From contig JAPETS010000003.1 of assembly GCA_026023565.1 (NCBI GenBank), forward strand, positions 434,001-498,000: a stretch of DNA of 64,000 nucleotides, read 5' to 3'. Made by a program: the position numbers and the translations under genes. Positions 26,546 through 39,776 of the stretch are shown here, piece by piece. The stretch comes from Cirrosporium novae-zelandiae. Lineage: Eukaryota. Numbering within the stretch: the first letter of the stretch is position 1; every line of letters starts with the position of its first letter. The notes below the pieces were generated by a model. That model saw only the letters and a program-made list of their open reading frames with translations. It was not told where the DNA came from and ran no database searches.

Positions 26546-29500
26546 ATGTCGCAAGAACCGCCCCCAAACGGTACAGCCGACGCGGTTTCCGATGATCGGA
26601 CCGAACAGACTCAAGTCACGGAGGTGGCACTCGGTGGGGACCAGAATAATACATCAGAAGCCCCTGCGAGAGAGAGGGGACAGCCAAAAGCAAACGGGGG
26701 TACAGGAGGTAGAGGTCCCAATGGATCTCAAAGAATTTGTGGAAAGTGTGGAGAGCCGTTGACGGGGCAGTTTGTAAGAGCACTAGGTGGTACATTTCAT
26801 CTGGAATGTTTCAAATGCAGAGTACGTATATTCAATGGGGTAGTGCTAAGAAGCTATCTGGCACGGCTGACTGGCTTTCTTCAGGATTGCGGTGAAATCG
26901 TGGCTTCCAAGTTTTTCCCCGTGGATGAAGAAGATGGTAGCGGACAATACCCCCTTTGCGAGACAGACTACTTTCGGCGTTTAGATTTACTCTGTTTTGA
27001 ATGTGGTGGAGCCTTGCGAGGATCATACATAACAGCCTTGGATCGAAAGTATCACATTGAACATTTTACATGCTCGGTGTGTCCTACCGTCTTCGGCGCT
27101 CAGGATAGCTACTACGAGCACGAGGGCAAGGTTTACTGCCATTATCACTACTCGACGCAATTTGCGCAGAAGTGTAATGGCTGTTTAACGGCCATCCTGA
27201 AACAATTCGTCGAGATCTTCCGAAATGGTGAGAACCAGCATTGGCATCCCGAGTGCTACATGATCCACAAATTCTGGAATGTTCGGCTAGCAGCTTCGGG
27301 CCACGGGGCGGACGCGAACCCCACGCCGGATCCAAATGCATCGGACGAGGAGCGGGATAAAATTAGAGAAGAGGAAGAGCGCATGGAGGAGAAGGTCTAC
27401 AAGATCTGGAGCGTGCTGTCCACATTCGAAGAGTCCTCCGCTGCCTGCATATCGGATATGCTTCTTCACGTAAGCAACGGTGCTTACGTGGATGGGGTAC
27501 TCGTTGCGAAGAAATTCATCTGGCACGTTGATATTCTCTTTGGGGCTATTGATCGACTGGCGGCATATATGTCCAAGGAAGGTGTCAAAGGTGGGAAGCG
27601 TTTCTTGTTTTTTTGAACTTTCAGCTGGCTGACGTTCTATTATTAGACCTGGCATATGGTCGGGAAGCCAAGCTCCTGTGTAAGAAGATCGTTGCCTTTT
27701 TCTCCCTCCTATCAAAAACCCAAGAGACTGGTGTTCGAAAGCTTGGCGTTACTCAGGAACTTCTCTCCCTCGTAACTGGTCTCGCACACTACCTTAAACT
27801 CCTCATCCGCATTGGCCTTCAGGGTGCATTAAAGCTCGAACGCGACCGACAGAATGCCGAAGGCCTAAATCAATTTCTCGATGAACTCGCCGACCTCGAA
27901 TCTGTAAAGGAATCGGACCAATTTTTGGATCTTACCACCGGCGTTGCAGGCCTCGAGGACCAAGCTTCCGATCGATGTTTTTCCTGCAACGAGCCTGTTG
28001 AGGATGCATGCTTCAGGATTGGTAGCCGAAGGTGGCATATTAAACCTCCCCATCTTGCCTGCGACCATTGCCATCGTGACCTCACCCAGGACTATCAGAA
28101 TGCCAGATGGAGTGCCAAGGAGAAACGGGTTGTCTGCACAACCTGCGTCGAGCAAACCGGACTGTCCCAGGTTGTCGAATCCGGATTTGTCCATGTCACA
28201 AAACTTCAACAATATGTCTTCCTTCTGAGGGTTGCTCTTGCCAGGCTTCTTTCCGTTTTAAGATCTGGTGGAACACTTCCACATACATCAGGTTGGTCCT
28301 CCAGTTCCAAGCGTATCCATGACTCCAAATAACGTCTCCTAGATGACCCCAACTTGACCAACTATGATTCACAGGAGGGTCATCGCATAACCCCAACCGG
28401 GGATTTGGAAGCACCTCTTCTTTCAAACACTCGATCCAAATCATATACTGGACCCCGCAATGACGTCCCGCATGAGGAATCTTCCTATGAGCAAACAGTT
28501 GGGGAAATGAAACGTCTCCGGTCGCAACGGAATGACAAGGCAGTCTCCACCACTTTCAGGAGAGCAAGGGCTTCGCGTATTATTGATGGCCCAGAAGGGC
28601 AACGCCCAAGTTCCACCGGACCAGATAGCTCCCGGAGGAAATCAGCCTTTCAGATTGTAGAAGATAGAGATGCAAATGGGGAGACCAGAACGGAGCTCAC
28701 CTTTGGCAACCAAGATGCTTTGACCTTGGATGATATCCCTAGAATTGTTGCAGCCGAGCAAGCCAAGGAACAACGGCCCAACGCCTATAGACACGCCGGC
28801 CAGAAGTTGATTGGCAGCCGGAACAGCACTCACCTCCCTAATCTCATCAATGGCCACCAACGCACCGGCTCCATGGGGAATGACCTCGACCGCGCGCTAC
28901 AAGGTGAGCAACCTAACCAAAGGGTCAAGAAATATTTCTCCGAACTCTCTGCTTTGGAATATTTTATCGTTCGCCATGTTGCAGTGTTGTCCATGGAACC
29001 ACTTCTGGAGGGGCATTTCAATTTAGAGGAGCTTTTAGGTTTAATTGAATCGAGAAAACAAGCAACATTCTGGGGTAAATTTGGGAAGGCTTTCAAAAAT
29101 GATGGAAAGAAGGGTGCCAAGAAGAAGGGCGTCTTTGGGATACCGCTTGACGCACTCATCGAGAGAGATGGAACAGAGTCAACATATGGAGTTGGTCCAG
29201 GTGCCTTGAGGATACCCACCATTGTCGATGATGCCATCTCCGCCATGCGACAGATGGATATGTCTGTTGAGGGTGTGTTCCGAAAGAACGGGAATATCCG
29301 ACGGTTGAGAGAGCTCATGGAATCCATTGACATGAAGGACGAGAATGTGGATTTGACCAAGGAAAGCCCAGTTCAGATTGCGGCTCTGCTAAAGAAATTC
29401 TTCCGAGGGCTTCCAGACCCGCTTCTTACCTTCAAACTCCATCGGTTATTCATCATCTCTTCTAGTATGGTCGTAATCGTCCTCCCCGTAAACCCATTGC

Positions 29501-30365
29501 TAATATTGTGTTAGAAATCTCCGACGATGCCAAGCGAAGACGTGTACTCCATCTCACATGCTGCTTATTACCGAAAGCTCACCGTGATACCCTTGAGGTT
29601 CTTACTTCTTTCTTGAACTGGGTATCTTCATTCTCCGAAGTTGACGAGGACACGGGTAGCAAAATGGACGTTCACAATTTAGCGACAGTCATTACTCCTA
29701 ATATTCTCTTCCAGAATACCAAAGTTGCAGAAGTAGACGAAAGTTATCAAGCTATTGAAGCGGTTGCTGCCTTGATCGAGTATAACGAGTCTATGGCCGA
29801 AGTAAGCATGCTCTGAATTAGCTGTGGTAAATCTCACACTAAATGAAAGCAGGTCCCTGAAGATCTCCAGTCCATATTGACGGACTCGACGCTATTCAAC
29901 GGAAGCGCGGATATCACAACAAAGGAGATCCTGAAGCGATATGGTGATATTGGCAAAGTCCAACAAACCCAAGTCCATGTTGAAGCAGCAGACTCCCCTT
30001 CGATGCGATCCAAGCAAGGCAGTGGTAAAAGCACCACGAACCAACCCGTCGCCCTTCGTGTTGACACGGATCCATCACAGGAAAATGCCTGGCAAAAGGA
30101 AAGATCTGTTCGGCACGTGCAAGCACCTGGAAATCCTCCTTTTGCGGCAGGAAATAACGGCCCGAATGGCCCAAACACCCCACCTCAGAACAATTACGAA
30201 TTCAACGGAACGAGTAGTCCATATGGGCACCAACGAGCGGGTAGTAATGACAGTCGCGGAAGTTTCGGGGCCTCACCCCCCCGAAACCAAAACTATAACC
30301 GGAATTCGGGATGGAAACAGCAACAACAATCGCAAAGTCCAGTGGGGGTTACGGGAGTACATTGA
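26546..30365 (+). CDS. LRG1: LIM-domain Rho GTPase-activating protein (Lrg1/Rga1-like)
   Basis: LIM zinc fingers (CGKCGEPLTGQFVRALGGTFHLECFKC and others) and a RhoGAP domain (VEGVFRKNGN, AALLKKFFRGLPDPLLT, KMDVHNLATVITPNIL). Introns at 26822-26884, 27591-27646, 28292-28342, 29465-29514 and 29802-29852 keep the frame. Confidence 0.92.
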
Positions 30366-32276
30366 CGTCATCTTCATAATAAGACGTGTGTGAGAGTTAT
30401 GTTTTTTGTTGAATTGAGAGGTTCTGGAAAGGAGTTTTTGACATTCGCTGGTTTTGAATACATGATGCGCATCCGTTCAGTTTCTTGACTGAATTGAGGT
30501 CCGGAGTTGGTCCTGGGAGTAGGGAATGGCTACAGTACCTGGATTACCCATCGACGCTGTTGCGTCTGGTTTGGTTTTGGTCGTCGATTGCACTACGGTG
30601 ATGCAATTCTATGCCTATATCCGGTTGCCTCGATCTTGTTCGGTTTGGCACCGAGCATGTTGAGGATATCAGCAAACAGAGAGCACACGGGCTCAGAGAG
30701 ACGTAACGCGTCATAAGGAGACACTGAACATTGACTTGGCTCAATATTAATTTCGTTTGTTCGAAGGATGCGTGGGACGCAGCAAATTTTCCCTTTTTTT
30801 TTTTTTTTTTGTACTTTTCTTTTCCCACCGAGATCCAGCAAGGCAATTGAGAGAGGATGCATTGGATTGGCGTTTTTTTATATATCAAAGTAGTACCAAA
30901 GTCTAAAGAACAGCGAGCGAGTCGTTACGACGATCTCCGAGGGATACGGAAGCCCCTTGAGAAGAGAGCGCACAGCCAGGTGCGAAGAAGCTAGTGTTGT
31001 TGATGTTTAGGCCTTAGGCAAATCGAATCAAAGACGCTTTTCTCTTCCATTTTAAACATCGGACCTCAACTATACTGTCGTGGCTGTACAGAAGTCATGA
31101 TCATGTCTTGCAATGATCAAGTCTTGCAATGATCCAGCTCAACTCGGCCGCCAATGGCAACGGACACGTTGGATACGATAGATAAGTAATGAGACAAAAA
31201 TTAATTTTATTCTAGCAGCATAATTACAAGTGTTCAATTCACTATTGTCATGTTTCACGATATATCTCAACTCTAAATTTAGAACCACCGTTACCGAACC
31301 AAAGAACTCCCTTTCCCACCTCTTCTCAACCTTCCATGATCAAAAAACGAGCCCTGTAACCCTTCAAACGGATATCTGACATACCATGTTGGCATGTCTT
31401 ATAAGCTTCTTGATAATCTTATGTCGCTAGATCTTGGTACGCGACGGCTATCTTGCAGATGACCGACACAACACAACCTGCAGGTTTCAGCTGATGCTTA
31501 GAGATCATTTCGGCATCACCACATGACCCTTACTTCCCACACCACATCATCAATGTTGCAGCCATCAGTTGAATAATAAAGAATGTTTTCAATATCTTTA
31601 TCTTCTCTTCCTTCGTGTTCTAGTATCTACATTTATCCCTGGATGAATGCATCCATCAGAATTGATTGAACATGCCATAGACAAATGAATGAATGAATGA
31701 GTCGATGATTAAGTCGTCTGTCTGTTTATCTGTTTCGCAAGAAGACCTGACCTTTTGCTTTTCATTTCATTTTGATCAGTCGGTTGCTTTCTTGGCCCTA
31801 CTCCCACATCGCATAATAGAACTAAAGCAAAAGAAAAAAAAAACACATGGCTTTTTTTCGTTACTTTCTTTCACAAATAGTCTCATGGTATGTATCATGG
31901 TTGGTCCTTTGCACTATTCAGATGCCGGTGGCTTCATCAAAAGTGATTGTGCTCTATATTTGGCAGCCGATCATCTCCATGACCATTTACTTTTCATTTT
32001 CTTACCCTCAATTCCCGCTCTCCCTTTCCGGTTTTCCTCTTTCCTTTTTTCTCGTGGTTTTTTGATGCCTCCGATTATTCTTGTTCTACCTTAGCCTAAC
32101 TAGAGTGCTCCAGCTGTGAATCAGATTCCGGACTATATTTGTTTACTCCCATAGTCCATTATATTGCTAAATTTGCTCTAATATACAGAGTATCAAGGTC
32201 CACTCTGAAGTCTGTCTAGACTACACCGATTGACAAGAATTGGTACAATATTTTTTTCCACGAAAACAAAGCAAAA

Positions 32277-33329
32277 ATGTGCCTCTTTGTTCCCACTCCT
32301 TGCGATGAGCCCACCATCCGCATTATCAAGACCCGGCCCCGTCACCACCACTACCGCCACGTCATGCCCCCGAATGTCATCATTAATAATGCGCAATCGA
32401 AAGACAACTGCTCTTTCGACAAGAAATACAAGTGCGAGAATAGCGATAAGGAGAAAGAGCAATGTCCACCAAAGGTGGTTGAGAAGGAGAAAATATACAT
32501 CTATGCTCCACCGAGAGAGCTCTCTCGGAACTCAAGCCGTTCGTCCGGGTCGAGCTGTAAGAAGTCCAAGAAGAAAAGCGACAAAGGGAAAAAGAAAAAG
32601 AAAACTCGCTCTCCGTCCCCATGCTCCTCATCCGCCCCCTCCTCCTCTAGCTCCTCAACCAAATCTTCAGTCGATGACTTCTCCCCCCGCATCAGTACCC
32701 TAGAATGTCAAACCACGCACCTCTCCCACCGCGTTAGCAGTCTCGAGCAAGACCGCTCCAAACGCGATATCCTCCGCGACGTGAAAGGCATAGTCAAAGA
32801 TAGCGAAATTGGCAGCACGTTACGCCGGCTCGAGCGAGAGAAAGCCGGAAAATACTCTACCTCCAGCACCATTGAAACCGATTGGTGCATCTGTGGAAAA
32901 CCCGACTGCTACGGCGGATGTATTAGTAGCATCGGAGGAAAGGGAAGAGGCCGACAAAGAATAAAATGTACGTGCGTCGAATACTGCGACGGGAGGATTT
33001 GCTGCCCCGACGACGACATCATACGGATCCCGAAGATCAAGGAGAAGTCATGCTCACGCACGCGTGAGAAATCGAGAGAGCGTGTTGTGGTTAATGTGTC
33101 CACGTCCACATCCGCAGACACACGGTCCCGGTGCACATGCCGGGACTACTGCGGCGGACGGGTCTGTGGGTGGGGTGACAGGGAGCGGTATACGTGGCGC
33201 GGGGTGGAGACGGTGCCGGCACCGAGGCCGGAGGAACGGAGGTATCATACTTGGAGTACTCGGGAGAGGAAGCCAGTATGGGAGTGGTGGGGGAAGGATA
33301 AATTGGTAGAGAGAGATTGGCTTTATTGA
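32277..33329 (+). CDS. Hypothetical Ser/Lys/Cys-rich protein with repeated Cys motifs
   Basis: 350-aa intronless ATG ORF in a good AAAAATG context. It has a short coiled-coil-like stretch and three Cys clusters. Confidence 0.7.
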   Translation: MCLFVPTPCDEPTIRIIKTRPRHHHYRHVMPPNVIINNAQSKDNCSFDKKYKCENSDKEKEQCPPKVVEKEKIYIYAPPRELSRNSSRSSGSSCKKSKKKSDKGKKKKKTRSPSPCSSSAPSSSSSSTKSSVDDFSPRISTLECQTTHLSHRVSSLEQDRSKRDILRDVKGIVKDSEIGSTLRRLEREKAGKYSTSSTIETDWCICGKPDCYGGCISSIGGKGRGRQRIKCTCVEYCDGRICCPDDDIIRIPKIKEKSCSRTREKSRERVVVNVSTSTSADTRSRCTCRDYCGGRVCGWGDRERYTWRGVETVPAPRPEERRYHTWSTRERKPVWEWWGKDKLVERDWLY

Positions 33330-34573
33330 AGATGCAGGAGGTGGAAGGTGTGCTTGTGGTAGCGAACATGATAATGACTTGATGGCGTTTTGTTGGTTCG
33401 CCGATTGCGTTTTTCATCACGTCTTTGATATTCCAAGGAGGGAGTCGTAGATTTGGACTAATGTGATGGCTGGATGGATGGATAAAGCTCCGGATTGGGA
33501 TCTTATCCGTTTCTTCTATTTTTTTCAACATAGACATTATGCATCTATCACTATCTTGCAGTGTCCGGTAGCGACACCTCTCTCGAGCTATGACTATGTA
33601 ATAATATCGACCCTACTCCAGCCTACGGGTAGCGGTGCCGACTAGTTTATAGAAAGTGGCGTCCAATGAAGGAGACCACCATTCACTTGGATTATACTTG
33701 GACAGCCAGTTTTCCAGAAATCTAGTAATTTCCGGTGATGTTAGCTACCCATAATGATGGCCTTAGGCATATGACCTTGAGGAGGCCTCCAAAATCAGTT
33801 TTCATATATTCGCAAAACAGATTTTTATTTGAAAACCCCCCCCAACGCCATTTTTCTAGTTTCACTACAAAGTACTTTTGGGTCTAGTCGCTTTCATCCC
33901 TACCCGTTGAAAGCATTTCCAGTAGAGTCAAAAAATTTCCTCACCACTCTTCTTTTGTTGCAACTTACATATCACAGGCACCACACGGCAACTGGACCGG
34001 GTATGCCTCCCCTCACCCACCTGCCCCGCTCCGATGACCCTGCGGTCAGGCTGGCTGTTAGAAACGCAAACTGGCTGTAACATTTACGCCACACATGCAG
34101 CAAGCCGTCTTGGAATTGTCCTACATCTAGGACAGGGTTCAGTGCTTTCGTCGCCTGGGCTGGGTGAACCGGACCCCCGGTTGACACAAACAAATGGATT
34201 CAAGCCACAATTAACCTCGTGCATTTGTACTCGAGAGGCTTTCTATGATCAAGTTCGACTTTTGAATTCAAGGTCTCGATGGCAGTCTTGCAGACGAGGC
34301 CTCCATAACACTACAATCAAGTCATTCAGATAGCAAACAGAGGCAGGATCCACAGTACCCCAGCTTTAATATATAACCTTGCTATATTGTTCATCTAGGC
34401 ACCGACACATCTCTGCTTTGATTTAGCATGAATTTTGTAAGAACCCACCCTCGTCCGGTCGTCTTGATTTTCAACGTTGTTATTAGATCTTTCCAAGTGA
34501 ATCTCTATCTCTGCTATAGACTATCGTCTTGCTTGTTTTCTACTTGTCTTTGAAGATCCTAATATTTCCCAAC

Positions 34574-36387
34574 ATGGCTTGCGAGGAGTGCAAAAAGTCT
34601 AAAACCAAATGCGAAGGTGGTGGGCACGGGAAGCCTTGCACACGGTGCCAAAGAGTACAGAAAGCTTGCAACAACTCTGATGGTAGTAGTGTGAGCAGCT
34701 TCGACTCCACTGTTGGTCGTACTCCAAGCTCGACCTTTTCTACACACATCAAGGAAAGCGAACAATTTGAACGAATGGGCGTGGGTTCTCTTGCTCCATT
34801 GAAAATTTCTGATGCCGAGGTCCTCCAGAGGTAACGATACCGTAGTACCATTCTCATGTTCTTGTTATGTACCTCAATTTTGTTATGCATACACAACTAC
34901 TACCTATACCATGATTGCCTTATTTCTGAACATTCCTTCCTGCTAATGCTCCTTGTTTTAGCAATAAATTTAATATCCCTCAACGGCGACTTCTTATCGC
35001 GAGGGATCATAACCAGGAAGAGATATGGTACAAAGCATATAGGTCTGACACTGCATTAACTGCATCATATTACTATGGGCCAACAAGTGGGCAAAAGGGA
35101 GCAAAAGATGATATAGATTCATATGTGCCAAACGTGGATAAGCTGGTCAATTTTGTCACCGGCAGAAGATCCAAAGAAACCACTAATGCTCGTGGGGCGC
35201 GACGTTCAACTAATAAAGCGCTTGCTTGGATTTGGGAGGCTTGTATGAGAGCAAGTGGTCTCGGGCACGAGATTCTCAACCCCAGGAACGAAGAATCACC
35301 GAAGAGACATCGTCCAAGGAGGGATGTAAACTCGGGTTCAGATAATGAGTACACTCCAGCCCGTAAGAAATGTCGTGCCCCGCCGGATCTGGACAGTATC
35401 GTAGTCCAGACCTCCCCGAGAAAGAATCTAGAGATGAACCCACCACCACGCTCATTAAAGCCGCCCCATATGTCGAAACTCCCTGATAAGGGGAGAAAGT
35501 CGAAATCTAGCCGCTCATCGGATATATCTATTGACATAAATTCTCCAGAAACTACAGATACATTCACCCGAGCTCCATATCTTGCTCCACAGCTTTTCCC
35601 AACACCGAAATATCTGGAACCAGACGTCGGGCCACCACCTCGCCAGATCCCTAATAAACCGCCAAAGATCACAAGCCCTAATTTGTCTATATTAAGTAGG
35701 AAAATTCCTTCAGTACCGACCAAAAACATACCAAAACAGTTGGATACCCCTCCTTCTCGCCAAAAGGACAAGGCCCCCTCCAGCCACCCATCTAGCCGTA
35801 AGCAGAGTACACGTCCTCCAATCCAGATCATTATTGAAAAGCAGCCAGATTTCCCCCGGAACCATTATCAGACATATACAGAAGAACCCCCCTTTCCCTC
35901 GCCTACAAAATCCACAACCGTAGCAGCCACAGCCGAACCCACCACCACCACCACTACCACAGCAACAACAGCATTAACAGTCCCAACAAGCCCATCAACA
36001 ATAACAAAAATCTCATTCCTCGGCCTCCAAGTCCCCAAACCAAACCCCCTCTCCCTCGATCTAAAAACCATCCGCCAAGCCCTCGAGCGAAGCGAAGCCC
36101 GCTTCATAAAGCTCGCAACCGGCATTCTCCCCTCGGCGCACGGGCTGGGGGATGCCGGAAACAATATCAAGTACCTCCTCCTCGACATTATCATGGAAGC
36201 TCGGAGCCAGAATGATGAGGGGTTCGCGCAGAGACTTGAGGGTGAAGTTACGAGGAGGTGGGAGGAGTTGGAGTTGGATGGGAATAATGAGAATGGACGG
36301 AATGGGATGGATGGTCCAAACAACAACGACGGTGATGAGTTTGAGGCTTTGTATGCGCGGGACGGCACGGTTGACTCACTCATCTGA
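34574..36387 (+). CDS. Zn(II)2Cys6 binuclear-cluster protein with Pro-rich disordered region
   Basis: MACEECKKSKTKCEGGGHGKPCTRCQRVQKAC fits CxxCx6Cx8CxxCx6C. The intron at 34831-34961 joins it in frame to the 35125-36387 ORF. Confidence 0.85.
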
Positions 36388-38016
36388 TATATCAAAATAA
36401 TAAATTTGTTTTTTCTTTTTATTGAAGGGGCAATCAATCAATCAATTCGTCATGATCATGGATTTTGGTGTTCATTCATTCAATCTATAGACTACACACT
36501 CGTGGTGATTATATATATATATATATATACAAAACTTCGGTGCAAGCACAACAAAAACCCAGTACATGACTGATCATATGATTGGGGGGGGGGAGGGGCT
36601 AGATAATATTAGAAAGAGAGAAAGTGTTTGGATTTTCTGCTTAATCTCAATCTTCTAGATAGACCATGCCAATTTCCTCTCTCTCTCTCTCTCTATTAAC
36701 CCTCAACCCTCCACAAAAATACCCAATCGCTCGCTCGCTCTCTCGATCTAGTCCTGTTCCATCTAATCCACCCCCCTTCCCAAGTAAAATAAAATATCCC
36801 CTCCTAATATAAAACCAAAAATATAAAAAATATAACTTTAATAGTACAAACACTAACGACTGGCTTTCTTAGAGGAGGTTGGTTTTTTTTGATATATATA
36901 GTAAAGAGAAATAAAAAAAAAAAAAGGTTTGACTCGATTTTCTTTTTTCTCTTTTTTTCTAGATTTTATATTTGTTTTTTATATTTTTTTTTTTTTTTAT
37001 ACAATTGCTTCTATTCAAAATAACCCCGACTCTCAAACTCCCAAGTCCTAGCCCCGACTCTTAGACCCCTTTATTTTACCCTCACTTCTATATTTCCTCT
37101 TCCTCTTCCTTTATTCTTCTATTCCTCTTCCAGGCCTGATATCCTATATCCTATATTCTATTCCATATTCCCAATACAGTTTCCTTTTTGTTATATAGCG
37201 CACACCTCTCATACCTCATACCTTCGTGCCTCATTAAATCTAAACCAAAGCAAACCCAAACTAAAGCAAACCAAATTAAATCAAATCAAGGCCTTTTGAC
37301 TTTTTTGAGTCGTGACAAATTTTATCTATAAGTTGGGTTTTCGTGTGCGTGTCTATATATTGAGAGGGCAAAGGGTAGGATAGAAGGTAATGCGATAGGT
37401 ATCGAATATCAATATCAATACTAATATCGGTATTTGGTAAGTAAAGTAATTATATAGACCTGGGCATATGCATAGGCATGATATGAATACATTTTATAGT
37501 TGAATAGGTGCTTTATTTCAGTGAGATAGAGGAGGAGAACGGTATTAGGGGCTCGCTTGTGCTATATAAAAAAAAGGGTGGTTGCGAAGTTGCTTATATA
37601 GAGATATAAATGTACCTCTCTAAGCTCTAAGGGGATCCCGTCCCCTGTTTAGAAAAACCAAAAACTAGCTGAATATGGTAAAGTAAGTGAATTCGGAATA
37701 ATGGAGATGGAGGGGATGGCTTGGCTTGTTGGTTAAGTTGATTAGTTAAGTTAATTAGTTGAGGTAAAGGGATGGGATGAGATGGATGGGATACGTATAC
37801 TTCAAAGGTTCCAATAAACCGATCCGATCAAACGATTTGAATCGCGTTTAAGCGAAAACGACGACAACCGGCAACGATATGCCAGAGCCGTCGTGTCTAT
37901 CCATAATTTCAGAACCTAGAATTTAGCAATCGACTTTTTTCTTCATTAACCAGCTCCTTCTTCCTCTTTTCTTGCCCCCTTCCTTCCCTTATCTCCAGTT
38001 CAATGTCTACCATAGC

Positions 38017-38287
38017 CTATAAAACGACATAGGAAGAATCGGTTGAATTATCATTATCACCATTACCGTTGTGGTTGTCGTCGTTATCATCACTATCAGC
38101 ATCCCCTTCAGGTACTAGCCGCATAGTTGTTTCGTGCCTACTGCCCTCTGCGCTCTGTTGCAGCGCCGCCCTTTGATCCTTATCTTGTACATGTACATGT
38201 ACGTTGGGATCAGTAGCCCCTTTCTTGAGTAGCATCTTAATAATCTTCTCGTGCCCGCCGCTTTTCCCTCTTTATCTTGCGCGTTGG
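38017..38287 (-). pseudogene. Ankyrin-repeat C-terminal fragment (frameshifted)
   Basis: NAQDKEGK.../GHEKIIKMLLKKGA.DPN...QDKDQRAALQQSA...HETTMRLV matches the ankyrin consensus. It is cut off by a MITE at 38288. Confidence 0.75.
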
Positions 38288-38639
38288 CAGTGTTGGCAAT
38301 AGACTGGACCAAATAGACGGTCTACCTTAGACCTCAGACCGACCAGACCGAGCTTTTTGATAGACCGACCGACCAGACCTTGATTGTCCAAGGTCTATTT
38401 GGTCTATATAAATGCGAATTATAAAGTGGGGGATATATTTTTGGGGTTTGTAGAGGGAAATTTGGGAGTGTCGGAGTTCGGTATTTTATTTCGTATAGAT
38501 TAGTAAGACCTTATCTCCACGTAATATCACGTGGAGATAAAATATAGTATGGTGAATCGAGATTCAAAAATTTGGGCCGCGTTCCGCGCGGGTTATATTA
38601 TCCGGGTGTCATATGACCGCCGGTCTATTGCCACCACTG
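38288..38639. mobile_element. Non-autonomous TIR element (hAT-like MITE), 352 bp
   Basis: TIRs CAGTGTTGGCAATAGAC / GTCTATTGCCACCACTG, subterminal AGACC repeats, and an internal hairpin TTATCTCCACG..CGTGGAGATAA. No target-site duplication (TSD). Confidence 0.8.
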
Positions 38640-38775
38640 GGCATGACCGAAGAAGGAATTTTGATTAACTACGCCGCCGAAGAAGGTGGCTTATATATGA
38701 ATCATAGCCGTAAGTGAGAATATGCAGATCCCGAAAATCACCTGCCAGAAGATCTTCAGGCCAGAAGCATGAAAA
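38640..38775 (-). pseudogene. SesB-like alpha/beta-hydrolase N-terminal fragment of a fungal NLR
   Basis: The reverse strand reads CFWPEDLLAGDFRDLHILTYGYDSYISH, then a +1 frameshift, then FFGGVVNQNSFFGHA. This matches the WPxDLL..D.....RILTYGYDS motif of NLR-associated hydrolases. Confidence 0.75.
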
Positions 38776-39160
38776 CCTATTAACCTGACTTGAATTTGTC
38801 GAGGCAGGAAATTCTGCCTTTCTTTGTTTTTGAGGCTAAGGAACGAAACCAATTTTTTTTGTTTTTAGGCTCGGCTCGGCTGCTCCGTATGCCTAAGCAT
38901 TGTGAAAGAGTAGTGAGGTTGGGCGTTTATATGGGCAGTCAGTTGGGAATAGAAACTAGGGCTGAACAGCTTGCTCGAAGGGAGTTATAAATTGAATTAA
39001 GCCTTGGTTGTCTTAGGTTCTAGGATTTTAGGAAGGCTTCTATATAAGCCTGTAAGGCTCAGACTAGCACGAAAGGATTAGGGCTGAGCCTGAAGCCCTT
39101 GGGCCAGAGGGCTGATATCTCAGGTAGCGAAAATCGACAACTCTTTCACAGTATTCTTTG

Positions 39161-39339
39161 TGTTACGGAAGGTGGTACGGACCACGGGGACCGGTTATGT
39201 CAGAGTAAGGGAGGAGCAGGCGAGGAATAGGAAAGGATAGCTAGTGTATAAAAGGGGGCCCTAAGCCCCAGAGAGGGAAGACAGTTTTAAATGACACAAG
39301 ATTTCATACCACTTTGGGTGCCCTTGCAATCCGTGAACA
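39161..39339 (+). mobile_element. Solo-LTR-like fragment
   Basis: Starts TGTTACGG, ends CCGTGAACA, and has an internal TATAAAAG. No TSD seen. Confidence 0.5.
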
Positions 39340-39633
39340 AAAATGATACTTTTTAACAGCAGTTAGCAGTAGTATTTACAAAATATATTTCTAGCAAAAT
39401 AAATAAAACACACTCAACTATCGCTGATTTTCCCTCCGAAATAACAGTAAAGCCCTGTTCAACTATCTGAGCAGGGGCCTTCTCTAGTTTACCTAAGTCC
39501 TAACGAAGAAATTAGCCACCTAAAACGTTATTCAGTAGAGAGGTAGCACACCATATGAGCAAGCACTCGGCCGTGAAAGTCGACGGGGGTTTGAAAGCTG
39601 GACAGATTTCCGAAATCTGGAACTGCGCGTGGG

Positions 39634-39776
39634 TAGGATGACCGTCGTGTCGGGTAGTATTGACTATTTTCCAACACTATTTGTCTAGGGTCAGGGTAGA
39701 GCGGTATAACAAAATCAACACTACCCTTAAAGTGTAGGGTAATACCAGTGTATACCCTACACTCGTGGCCACCCTA
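39634..39776. mobile_element. hAT-type MITE, 143 bp, with perfect 8-bp TSD
   Basis: Imperfect TIRs TAGGATGACC / GGCCACCCTA, flanked on both sides by CGCGTGGG (39626-39633 and 39777-39784). Confidence 0.8.
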
